In this document: positions 9,363 to 19,342 of the stretch, piece after piece
Layout of the letters: each line of letters starts with the position of its first letter
Position numbering within the stretch: position 1 is the stretch's first letter
Origin: an uncultured bacterium
Lineage (GTDB): Bacteria > Krumholzibacteriota > Krumholzibacteriia > Krumholzibacteriales > Krumholzibacteriaceae
NCBI GenBank assembly: GCA_965369375.1
Contig: CBDUQN010000005.1
Location: forward strand, 4,053-68,052
Length of the DNA: 64,000 nucleotides
Reading direction: 5' to 3'
The notes under the pieces: model-generated
What the model was told of the DNA's origin: nothing
What the model saw: the letters and a program-made list of their open reading frames with translations, nothing else
The model's database searches: none
Made by a program: the position numbers and the translations under genes

Positions 9363-10331
9363 TTAGGAGTCGCCCTCTTCGAAAACGCCGATTGAAAAAT
9401 ATTTCTCTTCCCTGCGCCGCATCAGCAGATCGATCGACGTTGCCTGGAGATCGGCGAGCTCGCTGAGTATGATTTCTTTGAGCCGGGCCGCGTTTCCCTC
9501 CGGGTCCCGGTGAGCAGCGCCGTGAACCTCTTCGATCACTACATCGACAACCCCGAGCTCGAGACAATCTGACGCCGCAAGACGCAGCGATGCCGCTGCA
9601 TCGGGGGCTTTATCCTTGCTCTTCCACAGTATCGCGGCGCACCCCTCGGGGGATATGACCGAATAGATCGCATGCTGCATCATGAGAACGCGATCAGCGA
9701 TGGCGATTGCAAGGGCGCCGCCGCTTCCGCCCTCACCGACGACAGCGGCGACGATCGGTGTGTGCACATCGAAAGCTTCCTTCAGGTTGCGCGCGATCGC
9801 CTCCGACTGCCCGCGCTCCTCCGCCCCGACCCCCGGATAGGCGCCGGGCGTGTCGATAAACGAAACGATGGGGAGAGCGAATTTCTCCGCCATCCGCATC
9901 AGCCGGAGCGCCTTTCGAAATCCCTCGGGCCGGGCCATGCCGAAGTTGCGCCTGAGCCGCTCCTTCGTCGTTGCGCCCTTTTCGTGACCGATGATGATCA
10001 CCCGCGTCTTGTCTATCCATCCGAGCCCGCCGATGACGGCGGTATCGTCGCCGAAACGCCTGTCGCCGTGCAGCTCGATAAACTCATCACAGATGCGCGA
10101 GATATAGTCCTGTGTCGTGGGCCTGTCCTGGTGCCTCGCGAGCTGAACCTGGTCCCAGGGAGAGAGGTTGTGGTATATCCGCTTCTCGAGCTCCGCGATC
10201 CGGTCCTCGAGCTCCACGATCTCGCCGTCGCGATCCCCCGATGCTGAACTTTCTTTAAGCTCCTCGATTCTGTTCTCGAGCTCGAAGATCGGCTTTTCTA
10301 ACTGCAGCATGCGTGAATTCTGAATATCCAT
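9363..10331 (-). CDS. accA: Acetyl-CoA carboxylase carboxyltransferase alpha subunit
   Basis: 322 aa; the N-terminal coiled LEKPIFELENRIEELK region and the IDTPGAYPGVGAEERGQSEAIARNL motif are characteristic of AccA. Confidence 0.85.
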   Translation of the reverse strand: MDIQNSRMLQLEKPIFELENRIEELKESSASGDRDGEIVELEDRIAELEKRIYHNLSPWDQVQLARHQDRPTTQDYISRICDEFIELHGDRRFGDDTAVIGGLGWIDKTRVIIIGHEKGATTKERLRRNFGMARPEGFRKALRLMRMAEKFALPIVSFIDTPGAYPGVGAEERGQSEAIARNLKEAFDVHTPIVAAVVGEGGSGGALAIAIADRVLMMQHAIYSVISPEGCAAILWKSKDKAPDAAASLRLAASDCLELGVVDVVIEEVHGAAHRDPEGNAARLKEIILSELADLQATSIDLLMRRREEKYFSIGVFEEGDS

Positions 10332-10357
10332 TTGCGCTCTCCCGGGCGCCGGTAACC

Positions 10358-11164
10358 CTAAAAGTAGTTTGCGTAGAACATTTCAATCGTTCGAGCAACT
10401 CCACTTTCCGGTTTGTAATTATCGAGAAGATCCTTGAACAGGATCTTGAGCCTGAAGTTCTCGGAGAAGTCGAAACGGAGACCTGTGTCCAGATAGCCTC
10501 TCCCCTTTGTCAGGCTCGAAGGAACATTATCGTCATTATCATCGAGCGCGGCGTTATAATCAAGAAGAACGCTGAATCCCCGAAAAAGTTCCAGTATAAA
10601 TCCGCCAAAAATATTTATCCCGTCTTCATCCTTGTTTTCGAGAGAATAGTTGACGCCGCCGTGGAGTGAGAATCCGGCGCTGAGAAGCGCGTAATTCTTG
10701 CTGACGACCCCGTAGAAGCCCTTCGATTTGAACTCGTACCGCTCGGCCTCTTCGAAGTAGAATCCTTCCCCCTGCGTGTCGATTCCCAGGGCCAGCGCGG
10801 GGGCGATTTCCGACTCCTCGAGCAGCCTTACCCTCACCTGGAAACCGGGTTTGTCGTTGACGCTGACATCGCCCCGTCCGATGAATTCCTGAAATCCAAA
10901 CGACATCCCGAGCATGAGACGATCGTGAAATCCGACCTGAACGCCGAAGAGGAGGCTGTTATCGGGGCCGATCGAACCCTGGAAGAGGTACCCCCCGTGC
11001 CCGAGAAGTCCCGCCGTGGGGCTGTCGACGACGTATAAATCCTCGAACGTCTGCCCCGCCGCCGGAGAGGCGCAGAAAAACGCAGCCATGACCGAAGAGG
11101 CGCAGAAAAGCGCAGCCATGACAACCGATAATGCGGGATAACCGCTACAGCGAGATTTCAACAT
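10358..11164 (-). CDS. Putative outer membrane beta-barrel protein (unknown function)
   Basis: Signal-peptide-like N-terminus MLKSRCSGYPALSVVMAALFCASSVMAAFFCASPAAG; beta-rich; C-terminal ...MFYANYF (terminal Phe typical of OMPs). Track ORF start 11311 is probably over-extended. The likely start at 11164 overlaps the dnaE 3' end by ~20 nt. Confidence 0.4.
   Translation of the reverse strand: MLKSRCSGYPALSVVMAALFCASSVMAAFFCASPAAGQTFEDLYVVDSPTAGLLGHGGYLFQGSIGPDNSLLFGVQVGFHDRLMLGMSFGFQEFIGRGDVSVNDKPGFQVRVRLLEESEIAPALALGIDTQGEGFYFEEAERYEFKSKGFYGVVSKNYALLSAGFSLHGGVNYSLENKDEDGINIFGGFILELFRGFSVLLDYNAALDDNDDNVPSSLTKGRGYLDTGLRFDFSENFRLKILFKDLLDNYKPESGVARTIEMFYANYF
11067..11126. repeat. In-frame 30-bp tandem duplication (2 copies) inside the OMP signal-peptide coding region
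   Basis: gaggcgcagaaaaacgcagccatgaccgaa followed by gaggcgcagaaaagcgcagccatgacaacc. It encodes the duplicated peptide MAALFCASSV / MAAFFCASPA. Confidence 0.6.
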
Positions 11165-14100
11165 GTTCCACTCCCGGCACTTTTTCGAGCTCCCCGAACA
11201 GTTCCGGTCCCGGCGCAATACCCGCCTTTCGCGAACGGACGACGTAGCGGTCCTTTCCATTCTCTCTCCAGTGAAAGATAATCTCCTTCTCACCCGGGTA
11301 CCGCCTGACAATCGACATCAGATCCTCGAGTTCCCGTTCACCGAAACGGTCCGGCATCAGGGTGAGGTGAATTTTTCTCGGCAGCTCACAGAGCACCTCA
11401 TCGATCGTATACACCTCGTCCACGATGACCTTCTTGTCGCTGCGGTCCTTCACCGAAACCTTGCCCTTGATGAGCACGATCTGATCCTGCTGCAATTTTC
11501 TCCAGCTCTTCTGATAACAGTCGGAAAATGCTATCACCTCGTAGCTGCCGTAAAAATCCTCGATCGCAACGAACGCCATCTGATTCCCCTTCCGGTCGAG
11601 AACCGCTCTCGAGTCGCTTACCAGACCGGCGAGAACGACCGTCGCGCGCTCCTTGCGCTTCGCCAACGTGAGGCTGTCGGTATTGACAATCCGGCCGAGC
11701 ACGCCGCGAAAGCGATCGAGAGGGTGGCCGGAAAAATAAAAGCCGAGAGACTCACGCTCGCGGTGCAGCGTTTCGCTCTCGTCCCAGGGGGGCACATTTT
11801 CGAGCTGAACCGTTTCGTTCTGGAACGATCCCCCGAGCAGGTCGAGAAACGTCTGCCCCCGTTTGCGTTCGTTCTGCCGCTTCTGCGCCTGAGCGAGAAT
11901 CTTGTCGAGCGTTGCCATCTTTTGTGCGCGCGTTCCCGGCAGGCCGTCCATCGCTCCGCCCTGTATGAAGTTTTCTATCACGCGCTTGTTGATCATGCGC
12001 AGATCGACCCGATCGCATAAATCGTAGAGATCCACGAATGGTCCGTTCTCCCGCTCTTCGACGATCGAGCGAACCGCCTGTGCCCCGACCTTCTTTATCG
12101 CCGCGAGTCCGTACGTCACCTCACCGTTAAACAGCCCGAACTCCACCTGGCCCGTGTTGATATCGGGAGGATGGACGACGATTCCGAGGTTGCGGCACTC
12201 GTCGAGAAGCACCATGAGCCTGCTCGTATCCCCCATATCGCACGTCATCGTCGCCGCCATGAAGGCGGCCGGGTGGTGAGCCTTGAGGTAGGCCGTCTGC
12301 ATGGAGATCACCGCATAGGCGGCCGAATGCGATTTGTTGAAGCCATACCCGGAAAAATAGGCCATCAGATCGAATATCTTCTCCGCTTTTTTCTTCTTTA
12401 CCTTTCTCTCGTCCGCGCCAGCGAGAAACAGGACGCGCTGTTTCTCCATCACCGCCTTCTCCTTCTTCCCCATGGCGCGGCGAAGAATGTCCGCCTGCCC
12501 GAGAGAAAACCCCCCGAGCTCGCTCGCGATTCGCATAACCTGTTCCTGGTAGAGAATAACGCCGTACGTATCGCGCAGGATCGGCTCGAGCCGCGGGTCA
12601 TCGTAGCTGATCTTTTTTCTCCCGTGTTTGCAGGCGATAAAGTCGGAGATCATGTCGCTGCCGAGAGGGCCCGGCCGGTAGAGGGCGTTGACGGCGGTAA
12701 CGTCACCGAATGTGGTCGGTTCGATACGTTTGAGGAGATCGCGCATGCCGGCGCTCTCGAGCTGGAACACGCCGACGGTACACCCTTTGCGGAGAAGCTC
12801 GAACGCCTTGTCGTCATCGAGCGGGATATCATCCATCGCATCGCTCTCACCCTCGTATTCGTTGATGAGCTCGATGGTCTTCTCGATCTGTGACAGAGTC
12901 TTGAGCCCGAGAATATCAATTTTCAGGATTCCCATTTTCTCGAGTGTTTTCATCTCGTATTGCGTTGTGATCTCACCCCTGCTCGAACGGTAGAGGGGCA
13001 CGTGCTCGACGAGACGCGAAGGCGTTATGACGATCCCCGCGGCGTGCGTTGAAGCGTGACGGGCAAGCCCCTCGAGTTTCAGCGAGAGAGCGACGAGCCG
13101 TTTAACGGTCGGGTCCTGCTCGTACTTCGCTTTGAACTCGGGAACGCTTTTAAGCGCTTTGGACAGCGTGGTGCCCGGTTGACCCGGAATCATCTTGGCA
13201 AGCTTGTCGACTTCACTGTACGGCACCTTGAGTACCCGACCGACGTCCCTCAGCACGGCCCGCGCCGCCATCCTGCCGAATGTTATGATCTGGCAGACAT
13301 TCTCCTTGCCGTATTTGTTGACGATGTACTCGATAATCTGCTGTCTCCGTTCGTCGCAGAAATCGACATCTATATCCGGCATTGACACTCTCTCGGGATT
13401 GAGCAGGCGTTCGAAGAGAAGACCGTGCTCGAGGGGATTGATCGAGGTTATTCCGAGGGCGTAACATACGAGGCTCCCGGCGGCAGATCCCCTGCCGGGG
13501 CCGACCGGTATTTCCATCTCCCGGGCCACATGAACGATGTCCCATACGACGAGAAAATAGCTCGCGAAGTGCATTCCCGAGATGACATCGAGCTCGTATC
13601 GAATCCGCTCGAGAACCCCCGCGTCGACCTCGGGAACACGATCGGGCAGATTCTCCATAACGAGGTGCTCGAGATACGCGTCGGCGTTCTCGAAGGCTTC
13701 CGGTATCGAAAAGGTCGGGAGATGATTTCCCGTCGTTTTCAGCTCGAAATTACACTTATCCGCTATCTCGACCGTCCGTTCGAGCGCGTCGCGATGATCC
13801 GGAAAGAGCTCGAGCATCTCCTTTGGCGATTTGATATACGTCTCGGGATTCGATCGAAGTCCCCTGTTCTGATCGTCGAGATCCTTCCCCGTCTGGAGAC
13901 AGAGAAGCACATCGTGCGCCTCGTGATCCTCCCGCCTGCAGAAATGGCAGTCGTTCGTCGCAACGAGTGGGAACCCGGTCTCGGCGGAGAGCTTTGTGAG
14001 CTTGGGGATCACCTCGAGCTCCTCGGGAATGCCGTGATTTTGTATCTCGAGGTAAAAGTCGCCGGGTTCGAAGATCGAGGCTAGCGAGCGCGCCAGCTCC

Positions 14101-14582
14101 CTCGCGCCATCGGGGCGATCGTCGAGGAGCAGCTTCGAGATTCCGCCCTGCAAACAGCCACTCATTACCACGAGCCCCGCCCCATGCGCTCTGAGCAGCT
14201 CGATATCGATGCGCGGTTTGTAGTAGAATCCTTCCGTATAGGCGATGGAAGAGAGCAGTATGAGATTCTTGTACCCCTCCTCGTTCTTTACGAGCAGGGT
14301 GAGGTGATTGTAGCCGGGAGCGCCCTTGCCCCTGCTCTTATCCGTGATCGATCCTTGCGCGAGGTAGGTTTCCATGCCGAGGATCGGTTTGATCCCAGCC
14401 TCGATAGCGGCATGGTAGAACGGAATGGCGCCGAACATATTCCCGTGATCGGTAAGCGCCACCGCCTTCATGCCCATCTCTTTCGTTGTTTTAACGAGAT
14501 CGCCGATACGTATGGCACCGTCGAGCAGGCTGAATTCCGAATGGTTGTGAAGATGTAAGAACCGTGCAGCAACCATACCCAC
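11145..14582 (-). CDS. dnaE: DNA polymerase III alpha subunit
   Basis: 1145 aa; N-terminal PHP domain (HLHNHSEFSLLDGA), polymerase core and OB-fold regions. Confidence 0.9.
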   Translation of the reverse strand: MGMVAARFLHLHNHSEFSLLDGAIRIGDLVKTTKEMGMKAVALTDHGNMFGAIPFYHAAIEAGIKPILGMETYLAQGSITDKSRGKGAPGYNHLTLLVKNEEGYKNLILLSSIAYTEGFYYKPRIDIELLRAHGAGLVVMSGCLQGGISKLLLDDRPDGARELARSLASIFEPGDFYLEIQNHGIPEELEVIPKLTKLSAETGFPLVATNDCHFCRREDHEAHDVLLCLQTGKDLDDQNRGLRSNPETYIKSPKEMLELFPDHRDALERTVEIADKCNFELKTTGNHLPTFSIPEAFENADAYLEHLVMENLPDRVPEVDAGVLERIRYELDVISGMHFASYFLVVWDIVHVAREMEIPVGPGRGSAAGSLVCYALGITSINPLEHGLLFERLLNPERVSMPDIDVDFCDERRQQIIEYIVNKYGKENVCQIITFGRMAARAVLRDVGRVLKVPYSEVDKLAKMIPGQPGTTLSKALKSVPEFKAKYEQDPTVKRLVALSLKLEGLARHASTHAAGIVITPSRLVEHVPLYRSSRGEITTQYEMKTLEKMGILKIDILGLKTLSQIEKTIELINEYEGESDAMDDIPLDDDKAFELLRKGCTVGVFQLESAGMRDLLKRIEPTTFGDVTAVNALYRPGPLGSDMISDFIACKHGRKKISYDDPRLEPILRDTYGVILYQEQVMRIASELGGFSLGQADILRRAMGKKEKAVMEKQRVLFLAGADERKVKKKKAEKIFDLMAYFSGYGFNKSHSAAYAVISMQTAYLKAHHPAAFMAATMTCDMGDTSRLMVLLDECRNLGIVVHPPDINTGQVEFGLFNGEVTYGLAAIKKVGAQAVRSIVEERENGPFVDLYDLCDRVDLRMINKRVIENFIQGGAMDGLPGTRAQKMATLDKILAQAQKRQNERKRGQTFLDLLGGSFQNETVQLENVPPWDESETLHRERESLGFYFSGHPLDRFRGVLGRIVNTDSLTLAKRKERATVVLAGLVSDSRAVLDRKGNQMAFVAIEDFYGSYEVIAFSDCYQKSWRKLQQDQIVLIKGKVSVKDRSDKKVIVDEVYTIDEVLCELPRKIHLTLMPDRFGERELEDLMSIVRRYPGEKEIIFHWRENGKDRYVVRSRKAGIAPGPELFGELEKVPGVEHVEISL

Positions 14583-14597
14583 ATTCCTCCCAGAGCG

Positions 14598-16823
14598 CTA
14601 TTCTAGCACAAAGCCGAATTCTTCCACACTCCTATTTCCCGCGCGATCGCTGAGCTCGATCCTCAGCGTCGCGTTGCCGGCGCCGACGGTGGAGGGAACG
14701 GGTACGTAGAGCCGTTCCCTGATTTCGTCCCATTCGCAGACAACGCTCCTGCCGTTCAAAACCGCCACCGCGGAATAGGGGTCCACCCCGCATCCGGTCT
14801 CCTCGACGGGAGCGTAGAGCGCATACGGCTTGAAGAAAGCGCTTGCCTCTGGTTGCGCCTCGAATGCGACGTGACGTATGTGCGGAGGCAACCCATCCTC
14901 GAAAAAGACGTATACCCCTCCCGAGCTCACTTTCAACCGTCCCCCTTGCATCGCCGGCACGCCGACACACTCCCAGCCCTTGTTCCCCTTCCAGCGAAAG
15001 AGTCCGGCCTTCGGCCCCGGCTCACAACAGAGCCCTAGCGGCTTGAGGAGCCTGTCCGTTTGAACATCGATGGCGAATGCGGGGGATAGCGCGCGCAGGC
15101 CGGCAGGCGCCGGTCCCGCCATGGGCACCTCTTGTACGAGGCACTGCACCGGGCTCACCCGGGACCGATTCTGAAGCACGACGCGCAAGGTATCCGCAAC
15201 GAAGAAATCGCCCGTTCCAAGAGGATCGAGGGATACGATGCGGACGGCGTGCACGGCGCTGAGCGGATACCCCCTGTGATCCATTCCCGAAACGTGAAAG
15301 AGGGATATATCATTCGATATTCTCTCTGCATCGATCATTACCCGATATCCCCGATCACCCACGGGGATCATCTGCAGCGAATCGTTTGATGCGGCGCCGA
15401 AAAGGACTACGGAAGGCACGGCGGCGAGAATGTGACTGCTTCGTATCGAAAGGTCGATCCCTCCCGGCGCCGCCGCGGGAAACACTTCGCAGAATATCTT
15501 GTCCGGTTCGGCGACACGCCTCGGATTGGCGAAGTATCTCGTTACCACACACCCTTCGTCATCGCTGATCGTGTACCGGTAGACGGCATGCTCGAAAGAT
15601 GTCGTTTCCCCCCTCAGATGCTTCCCGAAGGGCTCGAGCTCGATTTCCCTCCAGCTCACGCCGCCGTCGATCGATTCATGCACGGTGCTGCGCACCGGTC
15701 CACCGTCGGGATCCGACGCGCTGACAACCACCTCGGAAGCGGCCGAGAGCTTTTTCATGACATCGACAACGGGATAGCTGTGGAGGAAGAAATAGAACAC
15801 GGCGCGGGACCTGTTTCCCGAAGCATCCGTGGCGACGATCTCCCCCCGGTGAATCCCCGGCTCGCAGTACATCCCCCTACCTGATCGGCCGGCCGAATTG
15901 ACGAATCCCGGACCCGAGCGATCCCCGATCGTGCTTTCCGGCTTCCTGAAGAGAAGCGTGTAGCGTCCGGCAAATCCGGGAGCCAGCTGATCGTATTCGA
16001 GTATGATCTCTCTCGTCTGTGTGTAATCGAAGACGCGATTGGCTCTGCGAAAAAGCAGGGAGTCATCTATATATATCTCTGTGCGTATCGGCGCCAGCTT
16101 GTAGGATCCGAAGCCCTGTTCATCCCAGAGACTGACGCCGAATCCGAAGTCACCGTCCATCTGGAGTGTATCGTCGGTGACATAGAGTTCCCTTCCCGAC
16201 GCTCTGAACAGCGACGTTACGGTCGCGGGGCTTCCGTTGACGAGACTTCCCGAGGACGCCGGGATAACGGCGAGGCCTGATATAACGGGTGACGCGCGGT
16301 CGGGCACGGCGTACATCTCCTCGAGCGGATTGAACGGCCTGCCGCGCTCGTCCCGCAATTCGAAATGAAGGTGAGGAGCCGATGTTCCCGTGGCGCCGGT
16401 GTACGCAAGCGTCTCACCGACGGCAAACCGGTACGCTTCCCCGTTTAGATTGAAATCGCACCACGATGTCTCTTTCTCGAGCCTCCGGTAATAGACGAGC
16501 GAATCGATCGAGCGTGTGAATCCGTAAAGATGAGCGTATACGGCGGTACGTCCGTCATCGAGCTCCATGTAGAGGGCCTTTCCGTATCCCGCACAGGACA
16601 CCTTTATTCTTTTTATCGCCCCGTTGCCGACGGCGAGGCACGGCAAACCGACACGGCCGAATGTGCGAACATCGATACCCGCATGGAAATGACCCTCGCG
16701 GTATTCACCGAAAGAAGAGCTGAGACGGCGCTCCCCGTGAAGCGGCCACAGGTAAATTTCGGCGTAGAGTTTTGAGGAGAAAAGCAGGATGATTGCCAGT
16801 GCGAGCGTCTTCGTATATCTCAT
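14598..16823 (-). CDS. M23 family (LytM-like) metallopeptidase with ~550 aa C-terminal extension of unknown function
   Basis: Signal/TM MRYTKTLALAIILLFSSKLYA; M23 motifs HFHAGIDV and TGATGTSAPHLHFEL near the N-terminus. The rest has no recognisable motif. Track start 16862 trimmed to the Met before the signal peptide. Confidence 0.65.
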   Translation of the reverse strand: MRYTKTLALAIILLFSSKLYAEIYLWPLHGERRLSSSFGEYREGHFHAGIDVRTFGRVGLPCLAVGNGAIKRIKVSCAGYGKALYMELDDGRTAVYAHLYGFTRSIDSLVYYRRLEKETSWCDFNLNGEAYRFAVGETLAYTGATGTSAPHLHFELRDERGRPFNPLEEMYAVPDRASPVISGLAVIPASSGSLVNGSPATVTSLFRASGRELYVTDDTLQMDGDFGFGVSLWDEQGFGSYKLAPIRTEIYIDDSLLFRRANRVFDYTQTREIILEYDQLAPGFAGRYTLLFRKPESTIGDRSGPGFVNSAGRSGRGMYCEPGIHRGEIVATDASGNRSRAVFYFFLHSYPVVDVMKKLSAASEVVVSASDPDGGPVRSTVHESIDGGVSWREIELEPFGKHLRGETTSFEHAVYRYTISDDEGCVVTRYFANPRRVAEPDKIFCEVFPAAAPGGIDLSIRSSHILAAVPSVVLFGAASNDSLQMIPVGDRGYRVMIDAERISNDISLFHVSGMDHRGYPLSAVHAVRIVSLDPLGTGDFFVADTLRVVLQNRSRVSPVQCLVQEVPMAGPAPAGLRALSPAFAIDVQTDRLLKPLGLCCEPGPKAGLFRWKGNKGWECVGVPAMQGGRLKVSSGGVYVFFEDGLPPHIRHVAFEAQPEASAFFKPYALYAPVEETGCGVDPYSAVAVLNGRSVVCEWDEIRERLYVPVPSTVGAGNATLRIELSDRAGNRSVEEFGFVLE

Positions 16824-16964
16824 TTCCAGCCGAACGTACCACCCGCTGGTCGGCACTGTCAACGACTCTTAAAAGAATTGCGCCAACATCAGTAATGTGC
16901 TACTTTAAAGGGAATTTTACCGCCGGTATCTATACGGAACAAGCTGCAAAAAGGATTAGAGACT

Positions 16965-18764
16965 ATGCTGAAACAGATGAGAGAGAGAACGAAAACGATC
17001 CTGTGGATCGTCGTCATAACCTTCGTTGTGTCGATTTTCGCCGTATGGGGGATGAACCTGAACGGCCCGAAAGGAGAAAAAACGGACAGGGAAATAGTCG
17101 GTATAGTGGACGGTGTGGAGGTGCGCAGGCAGGCATATATCAACATGTACAACGAACTGACAAACCAGTTGAAAATGCAAAAGGGTGAAGACTACGCGCC
17201 AAACCAGAACGAAATCGAGATGCTCGCCACTCAGGCCTGGGAAATGACGGTGCAGAAAATGCTCGTCGCAACTGAAATCGAGAGACTCGCCATCACCGTC
17301 ACCGACGACGAGCTCGTCACCTTCATCCGCCGGAATCCCCACCCGGCGCTGCGCCAGTATTTCGTAAACGATGCGGGTGAATTCAATTACCAGGAGTATC
17401 TCAGGGCGCTCGCGAATCCCGAGCAGGATTGGAGCCAGCTCGAGATGTGGGGGCGCACGATCATTCCGGAAATGAAACTCGAAGCGCTCCTCTCGTCGCA
17501 GATCCACACTTCCGACAACGAGATCCTCGAGCGATTCAAGAGGGAGAACACACAGGTCAGGGCGACGTACGTGGAGATACCATTCGTCCAGAGCGAGGAA
17601 GTGTACGAGCCCACCGAAGAAGAGATCGCTTCATTCTACCGGGAACGGGAAAGCAACTTCGTTGATCCGGATAAGCGGGCCATCAAGGTGATCAGCATCG
17701 ATGCCGCGCCGACCGAGCGGGACGAGCAGGAAGTGCGCGAATATATTCTCGAGATACGCGACGAAATCCGTGGCGGCAAGGATTTCGCTGAAATAGCGAA
17801 GTATTATTCAGACGATCCCGTTACTGCCGAGAACGGCGGAGATCTCGGGTTTATAAAAAAAGGAGACATGGCCCCCGAATTCTCGCAAGTCGCCTTTTCT
17901 CTCGACATTGGAACGGTGAGTGAGCCGGTCCGCACACAGTTCGGCTACCATCTCATTCTCGTGGAGGAAAAACAAACGGAGAACGATATCGAGAAGGTCC
18001 ATGCGCGGCACATACTCATGAAAGTGACTCTCGGAGACGAGAGCCAGGACTCCCTCGGCACACTCATCAGGGGCCTCATGGACGGAATGCGAGAGGCCGG
18101 TTTCGAAAAAGCCGCTGCGGATAACGGCCTGGAGATCCTCGAGCCTCCTCCCTTTACCGATGGCTACTTCATACAGGAGATCGGGTACATGCCGAGGATT
18201 ATCAATTTCGCCTTCAACCATAAAACCGGATCCGTCAGCGGACCGATCAACTCTGAAACGCACATCTATTTCGTGAAAATCACCGCGGAGATTCCGGAGA
18301 GCGTCAAGCCGCTCGGGGACGTGAGATTGATCATTATCGCCAGATTGCGAAACGAGCGGACCCAGGAAGAAACGAAGCAAATTGCGGAAACGGTTCGGCA
18401 GGAGACGCTCACGAGCGGAGATCTGGCGGCCGTCTCACTCTCGAGGCAGCTCGAGATAAAGGAAACCCCGCTCTTCAAGGAAACCGATCCCGTTGTGGGC
18501 ATCGGCGCCAATACCGCATTCGCAAAGGCCTGTCATATGCTTCCCGAGGAAAAGCTGAGCCCCCCGATTCTGGGCAATGTGTCATTCTACCTGATCAAAG
18601 TCATCGAGCGTATCGAGCCCGGGATGGATGAATTCATCGAGAAACGCTCGGAGATCGCGAATCAGATCCGATCGGAAAAGGCCAACCGTTTCATGGCCAA
18701 CTGGTATGATGTGCTGAGAAAGAACGCAAAGGTGGAGGATTTGCGTGAGAGTACGCTGAATTAG
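16965..18764 (+). CDS. PpiD/SurA-like periplasmic chaperone with parvulin-type PPIase domain
   Basis: N-terminal membrane anchor (ILWIVVITFVVSIFAVWG); parvulin PPIase signature (GDLGFIKKGDMAPEFSQVAFSL...FGYHLILVEE). Confidence 0.65.
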   Translation: MLKQMRERTKTILWIVVITFVVSIFAVWGMNLNGPKGEKTDREIVGIVDGVEVRRQAYINMYNELTNQLKMQKGEDYAPNQNEIEMLATQAWEMTVQKMLVATEIERLAITVTDDELVTFIRRNPHPALRQYFVNDAGEFNYQEYLRALANPEQDWSQLEMWGRTIIPEMKLEALLSSQIHTSDNEILERFKRENTQVRATYVEIPFVQSEEVYEPTEEEIASFYRERESNFVDPDKRAIKVISIDAAPTERDEQEVREYILEIRDEIRGGKDFAEIAKYYSDDPVTAENGGDLGFIKKGDMAPEFSQVAFSLDIGTVSEPVRTQFGYHLILVEEKQTENDIEKVHARHILMKVTLGDESQDSLGTLIRGLMDGMREAGFEKAAADNGLEILEPPPFTDGYFIQEIGYMPRIINFAFNHKTGSVSGPINSETHIYFVKITAEIPESVKPLGDVRLIIIARLRNERTQEETKQIAETVRQETLTSGDLAAVSLSRQLEIKETPLFKETDPVVGIGANTAFAKACHMLPEEKLSPPILGNVSFYLIKVIERIEPGMDEFIEKRSEIANQIRSEKANRFMANWYDVLRKNAKVEDLRESTLN

Positions 18765-19006
18765 CCTTCCTTGTCATCACCTTCGGTGACTTCGGACGCA
18801 CTCGTGTCCAATTCCTTCTTGATATCCTTCGAAGCTTTCTTGAATCTCCGGATCGACTTTCCTATTGCCTCCGCCACGTCGGGAAGCCGCCTCGGACCGA
18901 AAAATATGAGCACGAGAAAAAGAATAATCAGGAGCTCGGACCATCCGAGAGGCCCTATCAGAAGAAAGCGTGATTTGATACTTGAAAAAACCGCAGTCGC
19001 AAACAT
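18761..19006 (-). CDS. tatA: Twin-arginine translocase subunit TatA/E
   Basis: 81 aa; LIGPLGWSELLIILFLVLIFFGPRRLPDVAEAIGKSIRRFKKA is the canonical TatA TM helix plus amphipathic helix. Confidence 0.75.
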   Translation of the reverse strand: MFATAVFSSIKSRFLLIGPLGWSELLIILFLVLIFFGPRRLPDVAEAIGKSIRRFKKASKDIKKELDTSASEVTEGDDKEG

Positions 19007-19021
19007 TACTGTTCCTCCAAT

Positions 19022-19291
19022 CTAGCAATACACCCGCAGCAGATAGGCGACGAGAATGATCCCCAATATGGTGACAAGATTCACTTTCAAAGAAAATCCA
19101 ATGGTGAAGGTAAAGACGATCATATCGATGGTCCTCGGTTCCACTTCGAATTTGGGACCGGTTGCGAACAGCTTGTGCATCAAACTGTCTTCAGTCGTAA
19201 AAACACCTATCAATTCACCCACGACACTGCCGAATATCACGCCGAGGAAGAAGACCAACGCTACGATACCTATACTTCTCTTAACCGACAC
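19022..19291 (-). CDS. Small membrane protein (DUF4321-like)
   Basis: 89 aa, two predicted TM segments; weak resemblance to DUF4321. Confidence 0.3.
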   Translation of the reverse strand: MSVKRSIGIVALVFFLGVIFGSVVGELIGVFTTEDSLMHKLFATGPKFEVEPRTIDMIVFTFTIGFSLKVNLVTILGIILVAYLLRVYC

Positions 19292-19342
19292 CCTTCACCT
19301 CCTGCCATTTATGATACAGCCGAACCGGCGATATAACAACCG

